Assembly: GCA_964629685.1 (NCBI GenBank) | Contig: CAZVTT010000005.1 | Coordinates: 1-63,265, forward strand | Length of the DNA: 63,265 nucleotides | Reading direction: 5' to 3' | From: an uncultured Gammaproteobacteria bacterium | GTDB taxonomy: Bacteria; Patescibacteriota; Microgenomatia; UBA10105; UBA927 | Part shown: positions 47,541-57,569 of the stretch, piece by piece | Numbering within the stretch: the stretch's first letter is position 1 | Layout: each line of letters starts with the position of its first letter | Made by a program: the position numbers and the translations under genes | Notes under the pieces: model-generated | What the model was told of the DNA's origin: nothing | What the model saw: only the letters and a program-made list of their open reading frames with translations | Databases searched by the model: none

Positions 47541-48479
47541 ATGAAATCATTTCTGCGCATCTTGATTCTGACCGGAGGGTGTTTGATGGCACTTTGTACC
47601 CTTCCGCAGGTGCATGCGTGTACAACTACGGCTAATTCCACCCTTATGATCACCACTTCCTGTGGATTCGGTGGCGAGGTAGCCGGTGTCGATAACGGCA
47701 ATATCATCATTAATTCCGGTGTTACGTTTACTGTCCAAAGCGGACAGACAATCCTGCGGAATTCGGGAAATTCCATTCAGAATAATGGGAATATTGTGCT
47801 TATTGGAACCGCAAAAATTATGCAATCCTATTTGTGGTGTCTGGATGCCGACGCTGACGGATATTGTGCCGCGTTAACATACAGTTACGGCGATGTAAGT
47901 CCGGGAGCTGGGTACAGAAGACTGACGAATATGACGACACTTGCTACTGCAGACTGTAACGACAGCGTATATGGCAATAGTTGTGCGAAAAGAGTTTTTG
48001 CAATGGCGGTATCTAACGGTAACCTTGGCGGCCTCGCCGGTGCTGATTCCCTATGTCAGTCACGGGCGAATATATATGTTACCAATCCCGGAACTTTTAA
48101 GGCATGGATGTCTTCTACTACGGTAAGTGCCAGCAGCAGAATGACCCATTACACGAGTAATTACACACTGGTGGATAACACCGTCATCGCCAATGGCTGG
48201 TCAGATCTTACCGATGGCACGTTAGACAGTATCATTAATAAGGATGCAAACGGAGCAACGTTTTCTAACAATACCATCTATACGGATACCAACGCCGCCG
48301 GGGCGGTTTTTTCCGCCAATGCGACATACTCCTGCAACAACTGGACGAATGCCGGTGCATCCTATTCGCATGCTCCGGGGGCTACCAATGCGACGGATTT
48401 CTATTGGACCACCACCAATAGTCCTTCCGAAATGAAAACGTGCAATTATGCCGGCGGAATATTCTGTTTTGAACAGTAA
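47541..48479 (+). CDS. secreted protein with DUF1554-like C-terminal domain (cassette 2)
   Basis: Signal peptide, N-module shared with 30161..31114, KRVF....NGNLGGLAGADSLCQ and terminal IFCFEQ. Confidence 0.8.
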   Translation: MKSFLRILILTGGCLMALCTLPQVHACTTTANSTLMITTSCGFGGEVAGVDNGNIIINSGVTFTVQSGQTILRNSGNSIQNNGNIVLIGTAKIMQSYLWCLDADADGYCAALTYSYGDVSPGAGYRRLTNMTTLATADCNDSVYGNSCAKRVFAMAVSNGNLGGLAGADSLCQSRANIYVTNPGTFKAWMSSTTVSASSRMTHYTSNYTLVDNTVIANGWSDLTDGTLDSIINKDANGATFSNNTIYTDTNAAGAVFSANATYSCNNWTNAGASYSHAPGATNATDFYWTTTNSPSEMKTCNYAGGIFCFEQ

Positions 48480-48490
48480 TCAAGACGAAT

Positions 48491-49348
48491 TTAATCCAGT
48501 TTTCGCTGTTGGAGCATTGCCGCCGCCTCTGCCGGGTCAAAGGTATTGACGCTCAACCCCGTACCAAGTTCAAAACCCGCTCTGTGCACAAACCGTGGGG
48601 TAATCCGTAAAAACCAATTGGCTCCATGATAGATATAGTAGTTATACCCGAATGTGGGGATGCCACCGTGAACGTGATGTAATAACGGATCGTTGAATAT
48701 AGATTCTATCCGCTGCAACGTCCGCTGTAATACACCGGCTAAATCCACCAACTGGTCATCGGTAATATCACCAAATTTTTTATCTTCTTCTACCTTCGGT
48801 GCTATCCAAACTTCAAACGGCCATTGGGAAAAATCAGGACAATACGTAACAAAAAACGTATTGTTTTCTACCACGTTATTGATCGGCTCCCGCGAAAGCG
48901 CATCAAAATTGATTTGTTTGGGAACTACCACCAGTTGTGAATGCGGATGTTTAAGGCTGGCGCCCGCATGAAATCCCTGATTACAAAAAATCATGACATG
49001 CCCGTCATGCCGATGACTCTGGTATCGCGTTTTATATGCCGTAAGGATTCTGACTACCTGTTCCAGCGGTAAATGTTCCAGGCTCGATTCACAACCCGGG
49101 TCATGAATAATGACTTCATGAATATCGGTAATGGGATATTTATTCGGTACTACCCGGACTTGCCAACCGGGTTGATTGGCGTCTCCTCCGCCGATACGGT
49201 ACACCTCCGGCGGTGTCATCTGTTCATTCCCCGTACAGAACGGACATACAGAAGGTTTTTTCGGTTCAAACGATGTAGGACGGCCGGTTCTGGCAGTTGA
49301 AATAATTACCCATCTCTGTGTTTTAACGTCCGGGACGTATTTGGCCAT
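48491..49348 (-). CDS. galT: galactose-1-phosphate uridylyltransferase (HIT family)
   Basis: CPFC, VRVVPNKYP, GASLKHPHSQ. Confidence 0.88.
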   Translation of the reverse strand: MAKYVPDVKTQRWVIISTARTGRPTSFEPKKPSVCPFCTGNEQMTPPEVYRIGGGDANQPGWQVRVVPNKYPITDIHEVIIHDPGCESSLEHLPLEQVVRILTAYKTRYQSHRHDGHVMIFCNQGFHAGASLKHPHSQLVVVPKQINFDALSREPINNVVENNTFFVTYCPDFSQWPFEVWIAPKVEEDKKFGDITDDQLVDLAGVLQRTLQRIESIFNDPLLHHVHGGIPTFGYNYYIYHGANWFLRITPRFVHRAGFELGTGLSVNTFDPAEAAAMLQQRKLD

Positions 49349-49357
49349 ATCGTACTC

Positions 49358-50365
49358 CTACGTATTCACTTCAAACTGATCCAATAATGCACGAACCTCT
49401 GCTATTTTCTGTTCGGTGATCGGAACCTCGACTAACCCGGCATGCGGCTGGCCGTAATACAAATAACTTCCTACCGGTGCGTGCAGCATGATAGGTAACG
49501 CCAGCAGATCATCTTCCCCATCCACCAGGATTACCCGTTCGGAATGGGCTTCACCGTGTGTTAACCGTTCCGACCATACTTCTATTTCCGTCAGCGCGGC
49601 ATAGGAAATATAGCCGGGACCGCTTTGTACCCGCACAACAGGTAACGTATCGAATTTATACGCAGTTACGGGCTGATACGGTTTCCGGCCGACTTTAAGA
49701 TCGATTACGGCAAGAGACGGCGTAATTCCGGCAGACATGACCACATGTGTTGTCATATCACCGACGGTAATAACCGTATTCCCCTTACGCAGTGCTAAAC
49801 GTTCCGCGATTTGCGCATCTGTTAACAGTTCACCAATCGGCTGCTGCAAAGCCAAACGCAGTTTTTCCGGCATAACCAAACGACCGTCGGTATCTATTTC
49901 GCCCTTGCGGATACGGGTAGAAGAAATGGGAGTACCGTCAGCTGCATGAATGAGCGGTACTTCTATAAGCGCCATGGCCTGCAGTCCGCGTTGACGACGA
50001 AGATCGTTTATCTGCTCGCCGCGAAATCGATTATCCGGTGTCACGATTATGGCATCAAAATAATCACTGGCGGCTGGTTCGAGTGCGTCGGAAATGGGAA
50101 TAACCACGCAGTGCGGTACTTTACCTTGTTCCAATAGCCATTCCGTCAACTGTTTTTTTCTTTCGGCATATGAACCGACAGCTATTCCCCCTTTATACAT
50201 CCGGATAAAGTCATCGGTGGTAAGTCCTATAGTGACATCTTTTCCTTCGGAAAATGCCCGTTCCAGCAGATGTTGGTGACCTTTGTGTAATTGGTCAAAT
50301 GTTCCGGCGACAAAAACATGATTAAACATAGTTGCGTAGTCATCATCGCAACTTGCACGCGTCAA
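49358..50365 (-). CDS. archaeal-type phosphopantetheine adenylyltransferase fused to DUF359 (GTP-dependent dephospho-CoA kinase-like)
   Basis: AGTFDQLHKGH, PISSTRIR; VGDMTT, VIDLK, VDGEDDLLALP, YGQP. Confidence 0.85.
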   Translation of the reverse strand: MTRASCDDDYATMFNHVFVAGTFDQLHKGHQHLLERAFSEGKDVTIGLTTDDFIRMYKGGIAVGSYAERKKQLTEWLLEQGKVPHCVVIPISDALEPAASDYFDAIIVTPDNRFRGEQINDLRRQRGLQAMALIEVPLIHAADGTPISSTRIRKGEIDTDGRLVMPEKLRLALQQPIGELLTDAQIAERLALRKGNTVITVGDMTTHVVMSAGITPSLAVIDLKVGRKPYQPVTAYKFDTLPVVRVQSGPGYISYAALTEIEVWSERLTHGEAHSERVILVDGEDDLLALPIMLHAPVGSYLYYGQPHAGLVEVPITEQKIAEVRALLDQFEVNT

Positions 50366-50366
50366 G

Positions 50367-51641
50367 TCAAGGTAAGGAGACCGATTGTTGTCCGGATGGA
50401 GTTACCGGAGGAAATGCTAACGCCGTCCGGGCACCAAGAGTACGGCGGCGCTTTCCGACTCTGTTTATCGGGATAAGTTTGCCGTCCAACGCGCGGATAC
50501 ACCGCGAAAGACTATACATACCGATACCTGTTCCTTCGACATTTCCCGACCACTGGGTAAATCCTTGTATAAATGCTCCGTCCTGATTCATATGATCAGG
50601 GAAGCCGGGGCCGTAATCATCAATGAGCATAAACCATTGGTTGCTGTTCCGGGAGTCTACTGCCATTCTGACCGTCACTCTGCGTCCGTCTTTGGGCCGT
50701 TTTTCCAAGGCAGCGTAAGCCTTAACTATATTCTGACCGGCATTATTGAGCAACAAGTCGATGAGTGTATGGGAAAAGACGACTGCGGGCAGAGTACCGT
50801 CATAGGGAATCCTCCCCACGGTTTCCCTGGCATCCGGTGTGACAAGAGCGATTTCCCGAGCCATTTGAACGGATATTTCCGGGTGATAGCCGCGGTTTTG
50901 GCGATGCAAATCGACCCAACGCTGCAACTCATCTCCGACCTGCGCGGGAATGTCGTGTAACGGAACTATTTCCGGCTCCATGGGAAGCAAGGCATCGGCG
51001 ATTCTCACAACTTCCGCCAGTAACGCCATACTGGAATGAATGCTTTCGCGATGATCCGCATACGCCTGCCCGGCATACCCGTCGCGGGTGAGCAACGCCA
51101 ATGTCCCTTTGATCGGTAACATCGCTCCCCGATAATCATGGAGCAGTAACGAAATTTTACTTTGCATGAATGCGAGGGATTGTGGAGTAGCCAACTTTAT
51201 ACCGACATACCCTTCCTGATGCGGATGAACCAGATCCCACCGGGTAACATGCGGGTCTATCTGAGCCCGAAGTTCCGCCAACGGCTCATCGTATCTGGAA
51301 GCAGCCTGAGCATGCTTTAAGGTAACATGTAGCGGGGTAAACCGTTCCAAAGCCTCACGGAACGGCGCTTGCCCGGGATATTCATCGGGAAACATATACT
51401 TCATCCCCTCCCGTGCAATCCACTCCCGACTGAACCACAACGCTTCCAGCGCCTGGTTGATTTCGGCAACGGGAGAAACACATGGCTCACCCGTGTTTGC
51501 AGTATCTACCGTACTTTGTACTTGTCCGTATGGAGAAAAGACTACGTCAGGAAGTACATCTACGGGATGAACATGATCGGCGGGGACTGATACCTGAAGA
51601 CGCTCACTAACCATTACTACGCTGAAACGATTTGACTCCAA
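50367..51641 (-). CDS. histidine-kinase-like HATPase_c protein
   Basis: LLLNNAGQN (N box), DDYGPGF (G1), GTGIGM (G2). Confidence 0.75.
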   Translation of the reverse strand: MESNRFSVVMVSERLQVSVPADHVHPVDVLPDVVFSPYGQVQSTVDTANTGEPCVSPVAEINQALEALWFSREWIAREGMKYMFPDEYPGQAPFREALERFTPLHVTLKHAQAASRYDEPLAELRAQIDPHVTRWDLVHPHQEGYVGIKLATPQSLAFMQSKISLLLHDYRGAMLPIKGTLALLTRDGYAGQAYADHRESIHSSMALLAEVVRIADALLPMEPEIVPLHDIPAQVGDELQRWVDLHRQNRGYHPEISVQMAREIALVTPDARETVGRIPYDGTLPAVVFSHTLIDLLLNNAGQNIVKAYAALEKRPKDGRRVTVRMAVDSRNSNQWFMLIDDYGPGFPDHMNQDGAFIQGFTQWSGNVEGTGIGMYSLSRCIRALDGKLIPINRVGKRRRTLGARTALAFPPVTPSGQQSVSLP

Positions 51642-52501
51642 TCTTCCCAGAATTTCCTGATGCCACTATCTGTAAGCTGGTGTTTTATATCGTATTCACT
51701 CCATTCCAAATCAAGCGTTAATTCCCGATATGGCAGATCCGTTAACCCTGGAACATCGTAAACGAAATTCTCCGGCGGTACGGCAAACGGCGTGCCGGTA
51801 CCGGGTTCTGACCACTCGGTAAACAATTTATACGGAATGGTAATTATATCACTTTTCAGCTTCAGAGCGAAGAACACGTGATTGAGAGTGCGCGTACTGG
51901 CGGTCAAAACCTTCACATGTCCGTCTCCGAGACGATACATGTCTATGATATTTGCCACCACGTCCATTCCGTTTTCCCCCCGGTCATCCAGTCTGCCGAC
52001 AAATGGTGAAACATAAACCTCGTAGTTATGATGTTTGGTAGCCGCGTAAACGGCAGCAGCCTGTTCCTGCGAAAATACTAACGTGATATTGACTGGCCCT
52101 TCCTGACAAATTATTTCCGCAGCCGTAAGCCCTTCCCTGGTACAGGGGAATTTAATAACCGCCTGAGGAATCCAAAGCAGTCTTTCACGGGCTTGATGCA
52201 CCATGTCTTCGGCAGATAACGTATCGGGATTCCCGATAACCTGAATGGAAATAGGACCTTTCGTAACTGAAGCGATCTCCTGTACTGTTCGTTTATAAAA
52301 TTCCTCTGCTTCCGCAGCGGTTAATGTTTTCGTATCCGATTTTTCTGCCTGCAGTGACTTTAATGCATTTTTAGCGATAAGTGTAGGATTCGTAGTTTGC
52401 CCATCCAGTGCACCCAGATGATGTTCCCGCAGCATTGCATCAGCCGCTTTACTCTCATGGGGGTCACCACCGTCGATATAGATATGGGTTGATTGAATCA
52501 T
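51617..52501 (-). CDS. tal: transaldolase
   Basis: IDGGDP, GQTTNPTLI, VIKFP, VNITLVFS, YVSPFVGRLDD. Confidence 0.93.
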   Translation of the reverse strand: MIQSTHIYIDGGDPHESKAADAMLREHHLGALDGQTTNPTLIAKNALKSLQAEKSDTKTLTAAEAEEFYKRTVQEIASVTKGPISIQVIGNPDTLSAEDMVHQARERLLWIPQAVIKFPCTREGLTAAEIICQEGPVNITLVFSQEQAAAVYAATKHHNYEVYVSPFVGRLDDRGENGMDVVANIIDMYRLGDGHVKVLTASTRTLNHVFFALKLKSDIITIPYKLFTEWSEPGTGTPFAVPPENFVYDVPGLTDLPYRELTLDLEWSEYDIKHQLTDSGIRKFWEDWSQIVSA

Positions 52502-52767
52502 ACAAAGAGATCCTCCTGAAACGGTAAACCACTATATGTACTGTCTGCGTATTTACTGTATCACACTGCTCGATATACTCAAAACTATCCCCGTGTTCAA
52601 TCTAACCTATAATATTTATATACGCTCCCTTATCTGCTATACTAACACCTCGCACATTACCATAACGGAAAGGTCCTGCAGACGTATATTCGGAGATCCT
52701 GAAACAAGTTCGGGATACCAACTGTACTTCGGCAGGGCCTTTTCGCGCAAAAAAGAGGACACACCCA

Positions 52768-53322
52768 ATGAAACGAACCTACTGGTTAATACTACTCTGC
52801 GTATTGCCGGCGCTCGCGCTGGTATTTACGGTCAAAGTGAACGCGGAAAATCAGACCACGTTCATCCCAATCACCCGGACATCCGTTTCCACAGGAACAC
52901 CGACTGGTACACGAACTCCTGTGATGACACGCACACCCGTTGGAACTCCGACACCGGACACCCGGACTGCCTGTACACTTGAAGAGGCATATTATGAGCC
53001 GGAATACAATATCCGAATCTTCCTGACATCCTCCGGAAGACCGGTATATGCCGTCGCTCTTATTTATTATGCCGACGTTGATAGTATTGGCATCGTGCTG
53101 GGCGAACTGACTGACGAGTTTTTCACACCGGAATTTGGCATCGCCGTTGATGACGCTCCCGCAGAAAGTGAACTCATTACACTGGAGGGAACACTAACCC
53201 AAGAAGGAGACTTTCTGAGCGTCACAATTGGGCGCTGCGGCGACGACTTTCGGTTTGAATACGAACTCACCCAAGTGACGGGTGGCGTGCCAGCCCATCC
53301 GACCAATACGCCGAAACCATAA
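52768..53322 (+). CDS. secreted protein with Pro/Thr-rich linker
   Basis: Signal peptide, TP repeats, SD GAGG. Confidence 0.75.
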   Translation: MKRTYWLILLCVLPALALVFTVKVNAENQTTFIPITRTSVSTGTPTGTRTPVMTRTPVGTPTPDTRTACTLEEAYYEPEYNIRIFLTSSGRPVYAVALIYYADVDSIGIVLGELTDEFFTPEFGIAVDDAPAESELITLEGTLTQEGDFLSVTIGRCGDDFRFEYELTQVTGGVPAHPTNTPKP

Positions 53323-53468
53323 AGTAACCTTGCGCGAAAGATACCCCAGGTACAAGAGCGGCTGTGCTATGACTGCCACTTAGCATGTTCGCTGCCTCCG
53401 CTCTTGTATCGTTTCCGTATGGTTTGTGTTCTCACCGTTCTCTAGACTTCCCTTTTTTCAAATTCAAG

Positions 53469-55619
53469 TTAATTCGGAGCGTGGACCGTACCGTTTCCGT
53501 CATCATGCGACCGATCATTTATCCGCGGATCCGTTTGACCGAACGAATTATGGTTCACGTTCTTAGCGGATAGATATTGCTTTACCGAACCGGCGAACGG
53601 AGTAGTTTGCGCTTTACCGCCAAAGACGTCGGTATACCAGACTTCCGATCCGCCAGCGTTTTCCAAAACCGGTGGCTGAAAATACATACCCCGGTGTAAT
53701 CCCCGGAAGGCTGAACGCGGATCGTCCCAGGTAATTCCCGTGATCTTTCCGTAATTCGTGACCGAATCACAACTCCCGCCACGGGCTTGTCTGCCTCCGG
53801 CCAGTTTTTCATAACACAGATCCATAGAGTACCCCACGTTATTCGGCTTACCCGGATAAAAATATCTGTTGGCATCTTCTACGTCAAACAACAGATTGGC
53901 ACCCCAGAGCAATCGTCTCCCGCCCGAAGTACTGAGCGAAATCGTTCCCGGCCAGGCTTCATAAAAATTCATAGAGAATGTGCCGTCCGGTACCAGAAAA
54001 TGCTTTTCAACGCAGCTGCGTTGAATAATATTCCGGGCGCCGCTACCGCGGGAACCGGGATAATTGGCATTCGTAGCAGTCGTACCTAAGACAATAGGAG
54101 TCGTCCGATCTCCTTCCGCATCACACAAATTCGTAAATTCTCCGGCTTTCCCGAACTGCATGAGCGTCGCAGTCATAGCCTGCATATCATAGGCAGCCGA
54201 AGGACCCGTACACTTCACAAAATACATAACTTCATGCAAATTGTTGGTGAAGGCATCTCCCGTACTTACCCCCTGATGCACCTTGGCCATATGGAAACAC
54301 CGGGCACCTATATTTTTCCACTTCGGTGTGGAATTTGTTTTTACCGGAACCACAACTCCCCCGGTGGGGTTTGCATCAAATTGGTCCGTTCCCATATCCG
54401 GTTCACCATTGGCCCATTCTATTTTGTGTCCCACATGGTCTTCATGACGCATCATGCCGACGGCATTGTTATCCAACTGTTCATTTACGTATCCAAACGG
54501 AATACCGGCGGATGCGAGTTCCGCGTCGCTGATTTGTCCGTTTTTATCGGCATCGTAGGCAAAATGTTTCCGTACATCATTCCAGATCAATGATTTACTC
54601 GGATCACGGCCATGTTCATGCCCAAACGAACATCCGGTTTTAGGATCAACCGGCGGATGCCAGGTAGGATACCGTTTACCGTCAGGTCCGATTACGGAAT
54701 ATGCATCATGTATGGCTTTGGTACAGGTATCCCATTTCGTGGGTGTCCACAATCCCAACGCATGACTATTTCCACCTGTTGACGTTGAACCGGATCCCGC
54801 GGCAGGTGCGCCTCCGATCTGCGTTGTAGGGATCGGCGTATTGGTCATACTGTGTCCGGCCATCGGGGTAGGCGTTTTGGTAGCGGTGGTGCTGACCGGT
54901 GATGGGGATGGCGTTTTGGTTGCGCTCATGGAACCAGCAGTACTGTCCGTGGTATAGGTAACGACCAGCCTGGGGGATTTTTTGGTAGCCGGACTTCCCC
55001 AGATATACTTACGCCCCCACTTGGAGCCGCTCCCTTTGAGTATGAAAACCATATTTTCGCGTTCTGCCGTGGTAACCAACTCTTGTACAAGCTTGGTTAC
55101 ATCCAGTGAATACACGGTATTGGCTTTCCACTTCACGTTATCACTTTGCGTCACGGACGTGGTCGAATGTATCCGGCGTGAGGGCGGATTACTCCGGGAG
55201 AACGGTTCCGTATTATTTGCCGATTCGGCAAATATAGTGAGTCCGACAGGAATCCAGGAATCTTCCGGCTGGGTAACTTCCATACGGGCAGATAAAACCG
55301 TAGCTTTTTTAGGAATACCGGTTCCGGAAAACCGGACACCTAAATACGAATTGGCGGTATCTGCGCCTGTTCCCAACCAGATTTTTTCCGTACCCACGGT
55401 AACCGTTTTACCGTCTTCATTGGCAATATCGGCTTCCTGCGCCACCGTTAACACTCCCGTAACCGACGCTGCCGCCGCCGCGTTCGTACGGACGTCCGGT
55501 CGGATTAACGGCAACACCACGACAATACCGATAAACAGCGTTGCTATAATAAATAGTGTGAGAATTCCCCAATGCGTATCCAGCAGGGAACGTGATTTTT
55601 TGGTTGTTTTTCGTTTCAT
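53469..55619 (-). CDS. TM-anchored surface protein: beta-sandwich, PT linker and His-rich C-terminal domain
   Basis: TM, DVRTNA, WHPP..C.FGHEHG, HEDHVGHK, HQG motifs. Confidence 0.8.
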   Translation of the reverse strand: MKRKTTKKSRSLLDTHWGILTLFIIATLFIGIVVVLPLIRPDVRTNAAAAASVTGVLTVAQEADIANEDGKTVTVGTEKIWLGTGADTANSYLGVRFSGTGIPKKATVLSARMEVTQPEDSWIPVGLTIFAESANNTEPFSRSNPPSRRIHSTTSVTQSDNVKWKANTVYSLDVTKLVQELVTTAERENMVFILKGSGSKWGRKYIWGSPATKKSPRLVVTYTTDSTAGSMSATKTPSPSPVSTTATKTPTPMAGHSMTNTPIPTTQIGGAPAAGSGSTSTGGNSHALGLWTPTKWDTCTKAIHDAYSVIGPDGKRYPTWHPPVDPKTGCSFGHEHGRDPSKSLIWNDVRKHFAYDADKNGQISDAELASAGIPFGYVNEQLDNNAVGMMRHEDHVGHKIEWANGEPDMGTDQFDANPTGGVVVPVKTNSTPKWKNIGARCFHMAKVHQGVSTGDAFTNNLHEVMYFVKCTGPSAAYDMQAMTATLMQFGKAGEFTNLCDAEGDRTTPIVLGTTATNANYPGSRGSGARNIIQRSCVEKHFLVPDGTFSMNFYEAWPGTISLSTSGGRRLLWGANLLFDVEDANRYFYPGKPNNVGYSMDLCYEKLAGGRQARGGSCDSVTNYGKITGITWDDPRSAFRGLHRGMYFQPPVLENAGGSEVWYTDVFGGKAQTTPFAGSVKQYLSAKNVNHNSFGQTDPRINDRSHDDGNGTVHAPN

Positions 55620-57505
55620 GAACCCTCCTGTTTGGCTTTGACCGCAGTCAAAGAATGGATATGTTGCACAATTGCATGCGCATTAATTTCGGCAAACTCA
55701 AGTAATTCGGCAGGTTTTCCTGACGGTGGAATTTTGTGTACCGCCAAATGCACAAAGGTGGAAGCGGAGCCCTGAAGTGCACTCAAAACGGCCTCTCCAA
55801 GTCCCCCTTCCGGATAATGATCTTCTACCACAATAAGTGCGGTAGTACTGGCGGCTTTCTTTAATGCCGCGCTGTCTATGGGCTTAACCGAATAGCAATC
55901 CAGCACCTGCACAGCAATACGTTCTTTTTCCAGCTGACGCTGCGCTGCCAAGGCCTCATGAACGGTATACCCTGCGGCGATTACGGTTACTTTCGGTTTA
56001 CCGATTTTGGCCGGGAATAGGTGAGATCCGCCAATCGGAAATTCCGTTTCCGGCGGATACAGCATCGGCGTCGCTTCCCTGGTAGCCCGGATGTATCCGA
56101 TACCATCTGCTTGTTGGAATATAGTGGCAGTCAACTTTTCTGCGGAGAGAGCGTCTGCTGGGTATACCACAGTTGATCCGGGTAAAGCGCGGAACAATGC
56201 CATATCTTCCAGCCCCATTTGGCTGGCACCGTCTTCTCCCGTGACAACACCGGCATGCGTACCGCATACCATAAGTGAGATACCCGACAAAGCCGCCATT
56301 CTGAATTGATCATGGGCACGGGTTAAAAAACACGCGAAACTGGATAATACTGACCGGAATTCCCGTTTGGCTATACCCGCCGCCATAGTCACCAGGTGTT
56401 GTTCGGCAATGTAGCACTGAATAAACCGTTCCGGAAAGGCTTTTGCAAATGCGTCGGTATAAGTTGAATTCTGCACATCCCCGTCCAAAACAATAATCTG
56501 GGGATGGGATTCACCTAAGCGTACCAGCGCGTTTCCGAAAGCTTTTCTGGTTGAAACCGGAGCCTCACCGGAATATTCCGTCGGGACATATGGTGTATCT
56601 TTTGCAAACACCGATTGTTGGGTATGTGTCTGATCCCGGGCAGCAATGGTGCCACGCAGACTTAAGTTCACATTCCCTAACTCCCTGACAGCCGTTTCGC
56701 ATTCGCCCGCAGATAACGCCTTACCGTGCCATCCGGATTTGTCTTCCAGGAACGGTACTCCTTTTCCTTTTATCGTTTTTGCCAGTATCGCTACCGGACC
56801 GGCGGTATAGGCTAACGCTTTTTCGTATGCCGCATCTATTTCCGCAAAATCGTGCCCGTCTATTACCATGACATTCCAGCCGAACGCTTCAAAACGGCGA
56901 CGGTATACCACCAGGTCATGTCCAAGCTGTGTGGTTTGGGACTGCCCCAAACGGTTTATATCCACAATTGCCACCAGATTATTCAGTTTTAACATCGCCG
57001 CATGCGAAAGTGCTTCCCACTGTTGCCCTTCCGCCAATTCACCGTCTCCGAGCAATACGTATACCTGCGGTACATGCAGCCAACTGTCCGTTTCATCTTT
57101 TTGATATTGTGTCCGGATTGCCCAAGCTTCACCAACGCCCAAAGAAAGTCCCTGTCCGAGAGAACCGGTGGCAGCTTCCGTAAACGGAAACCGCGGTGTC
57201 GGATGTCCTTCCAGACGGCTTTGGAATTTGCGGAACGTGAGGAGTTCTTCTTCCGAAATTACTCCGGCAGCAGTATATAAACCATAAAATAACGGAGATG
57301 CGTGCCCTTTACTGAAAATGACCCTATCGTTTACCGGATTTGACGGATTGTGCGTATCGTATCGTAAATACTTAAAATACAGCGTCGTCATGAGGTCTAC
57401 GGACGATAAGGAAGATGTCGGATGGCCACTCCCCGCCGCTGTGGAACTCGTTATGCAATAATATCGGATAAGTTTGGCGAGGTCTATCAGGTTCTGACGA
57501 TCCAT
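55616..57505 (-). CDS. tkt: transketolase
   Basis: SGHPTSS, FSKGHAS, ATGSLGQG, GDGELAEG...DINR, IAEQH. Confidence 0.96.
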   Translation of the reverse strand: MDRQNLIDLAKLIRYYCITSSTAAGSGHPTSSLSSVDLMTTLYFKYLRYDTHNPSNPVNDRVIFSKGHASPLFYGLYTAAGVISEEELLTFRKFQSRLEGHPTPRFPFTEAATGSLGQGLSLGVGEAWAIRTQYQKDETDSWLHVPQVYVLLGDGELAEGQQWEALSHAAMLKLNNLVAIVDINRLGQSQTTQLGHDLVVYRRRFEAFGWNVMVIDGHDFAEIDAAYEKALAYTAGPVAILAKTIKGKGVPFLEDKSGWHGKALSAGECETAVRELGNVNLSLRGTIAARDQTHTQQSVFAKDTPYVPTEYSGEAPVSTRKAFGNALVRLGESHPQIIVLDGDVQNSTYTDAFAKAFPERFIQCYIAEQHLVTMAAGIAKREFRSVLSSFACFLTRAHDQFRMAALSGISLMVCGTHAGVVTGEDGASQMGLEDMALFRALPGSTVVYPADALSAEKLTATIFQQADGIGYIRATREATPMLYPPETEFPIGGSHLFPAKIGKPKVTVIAAGYTVHEALAAQRQLEKERIAVQVLDCYSVKPIDSAALKKAASTTALIVVEDHYPEGGLGEAVLSALQGSASTFVHLAVHKIPPSGKPAELLEFAEINAHAIVQHIHSLTAVKAKQEGS

Positions 57506-57569
57506 AGAGCTATAATACCGACTATTCCGGGAAGCGTCCAGTGTGAAACAAATTACAAATACACGTCAA

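Noticed and set aside
54982-55641. 219-aa + strand ORF (and similar 100-160-aa antisense ORFs at 39857, 58629, 36316, 50565)
   Set aside because: Fully antisense to longer ORFs with recognisable domains; no motifs or start signals.
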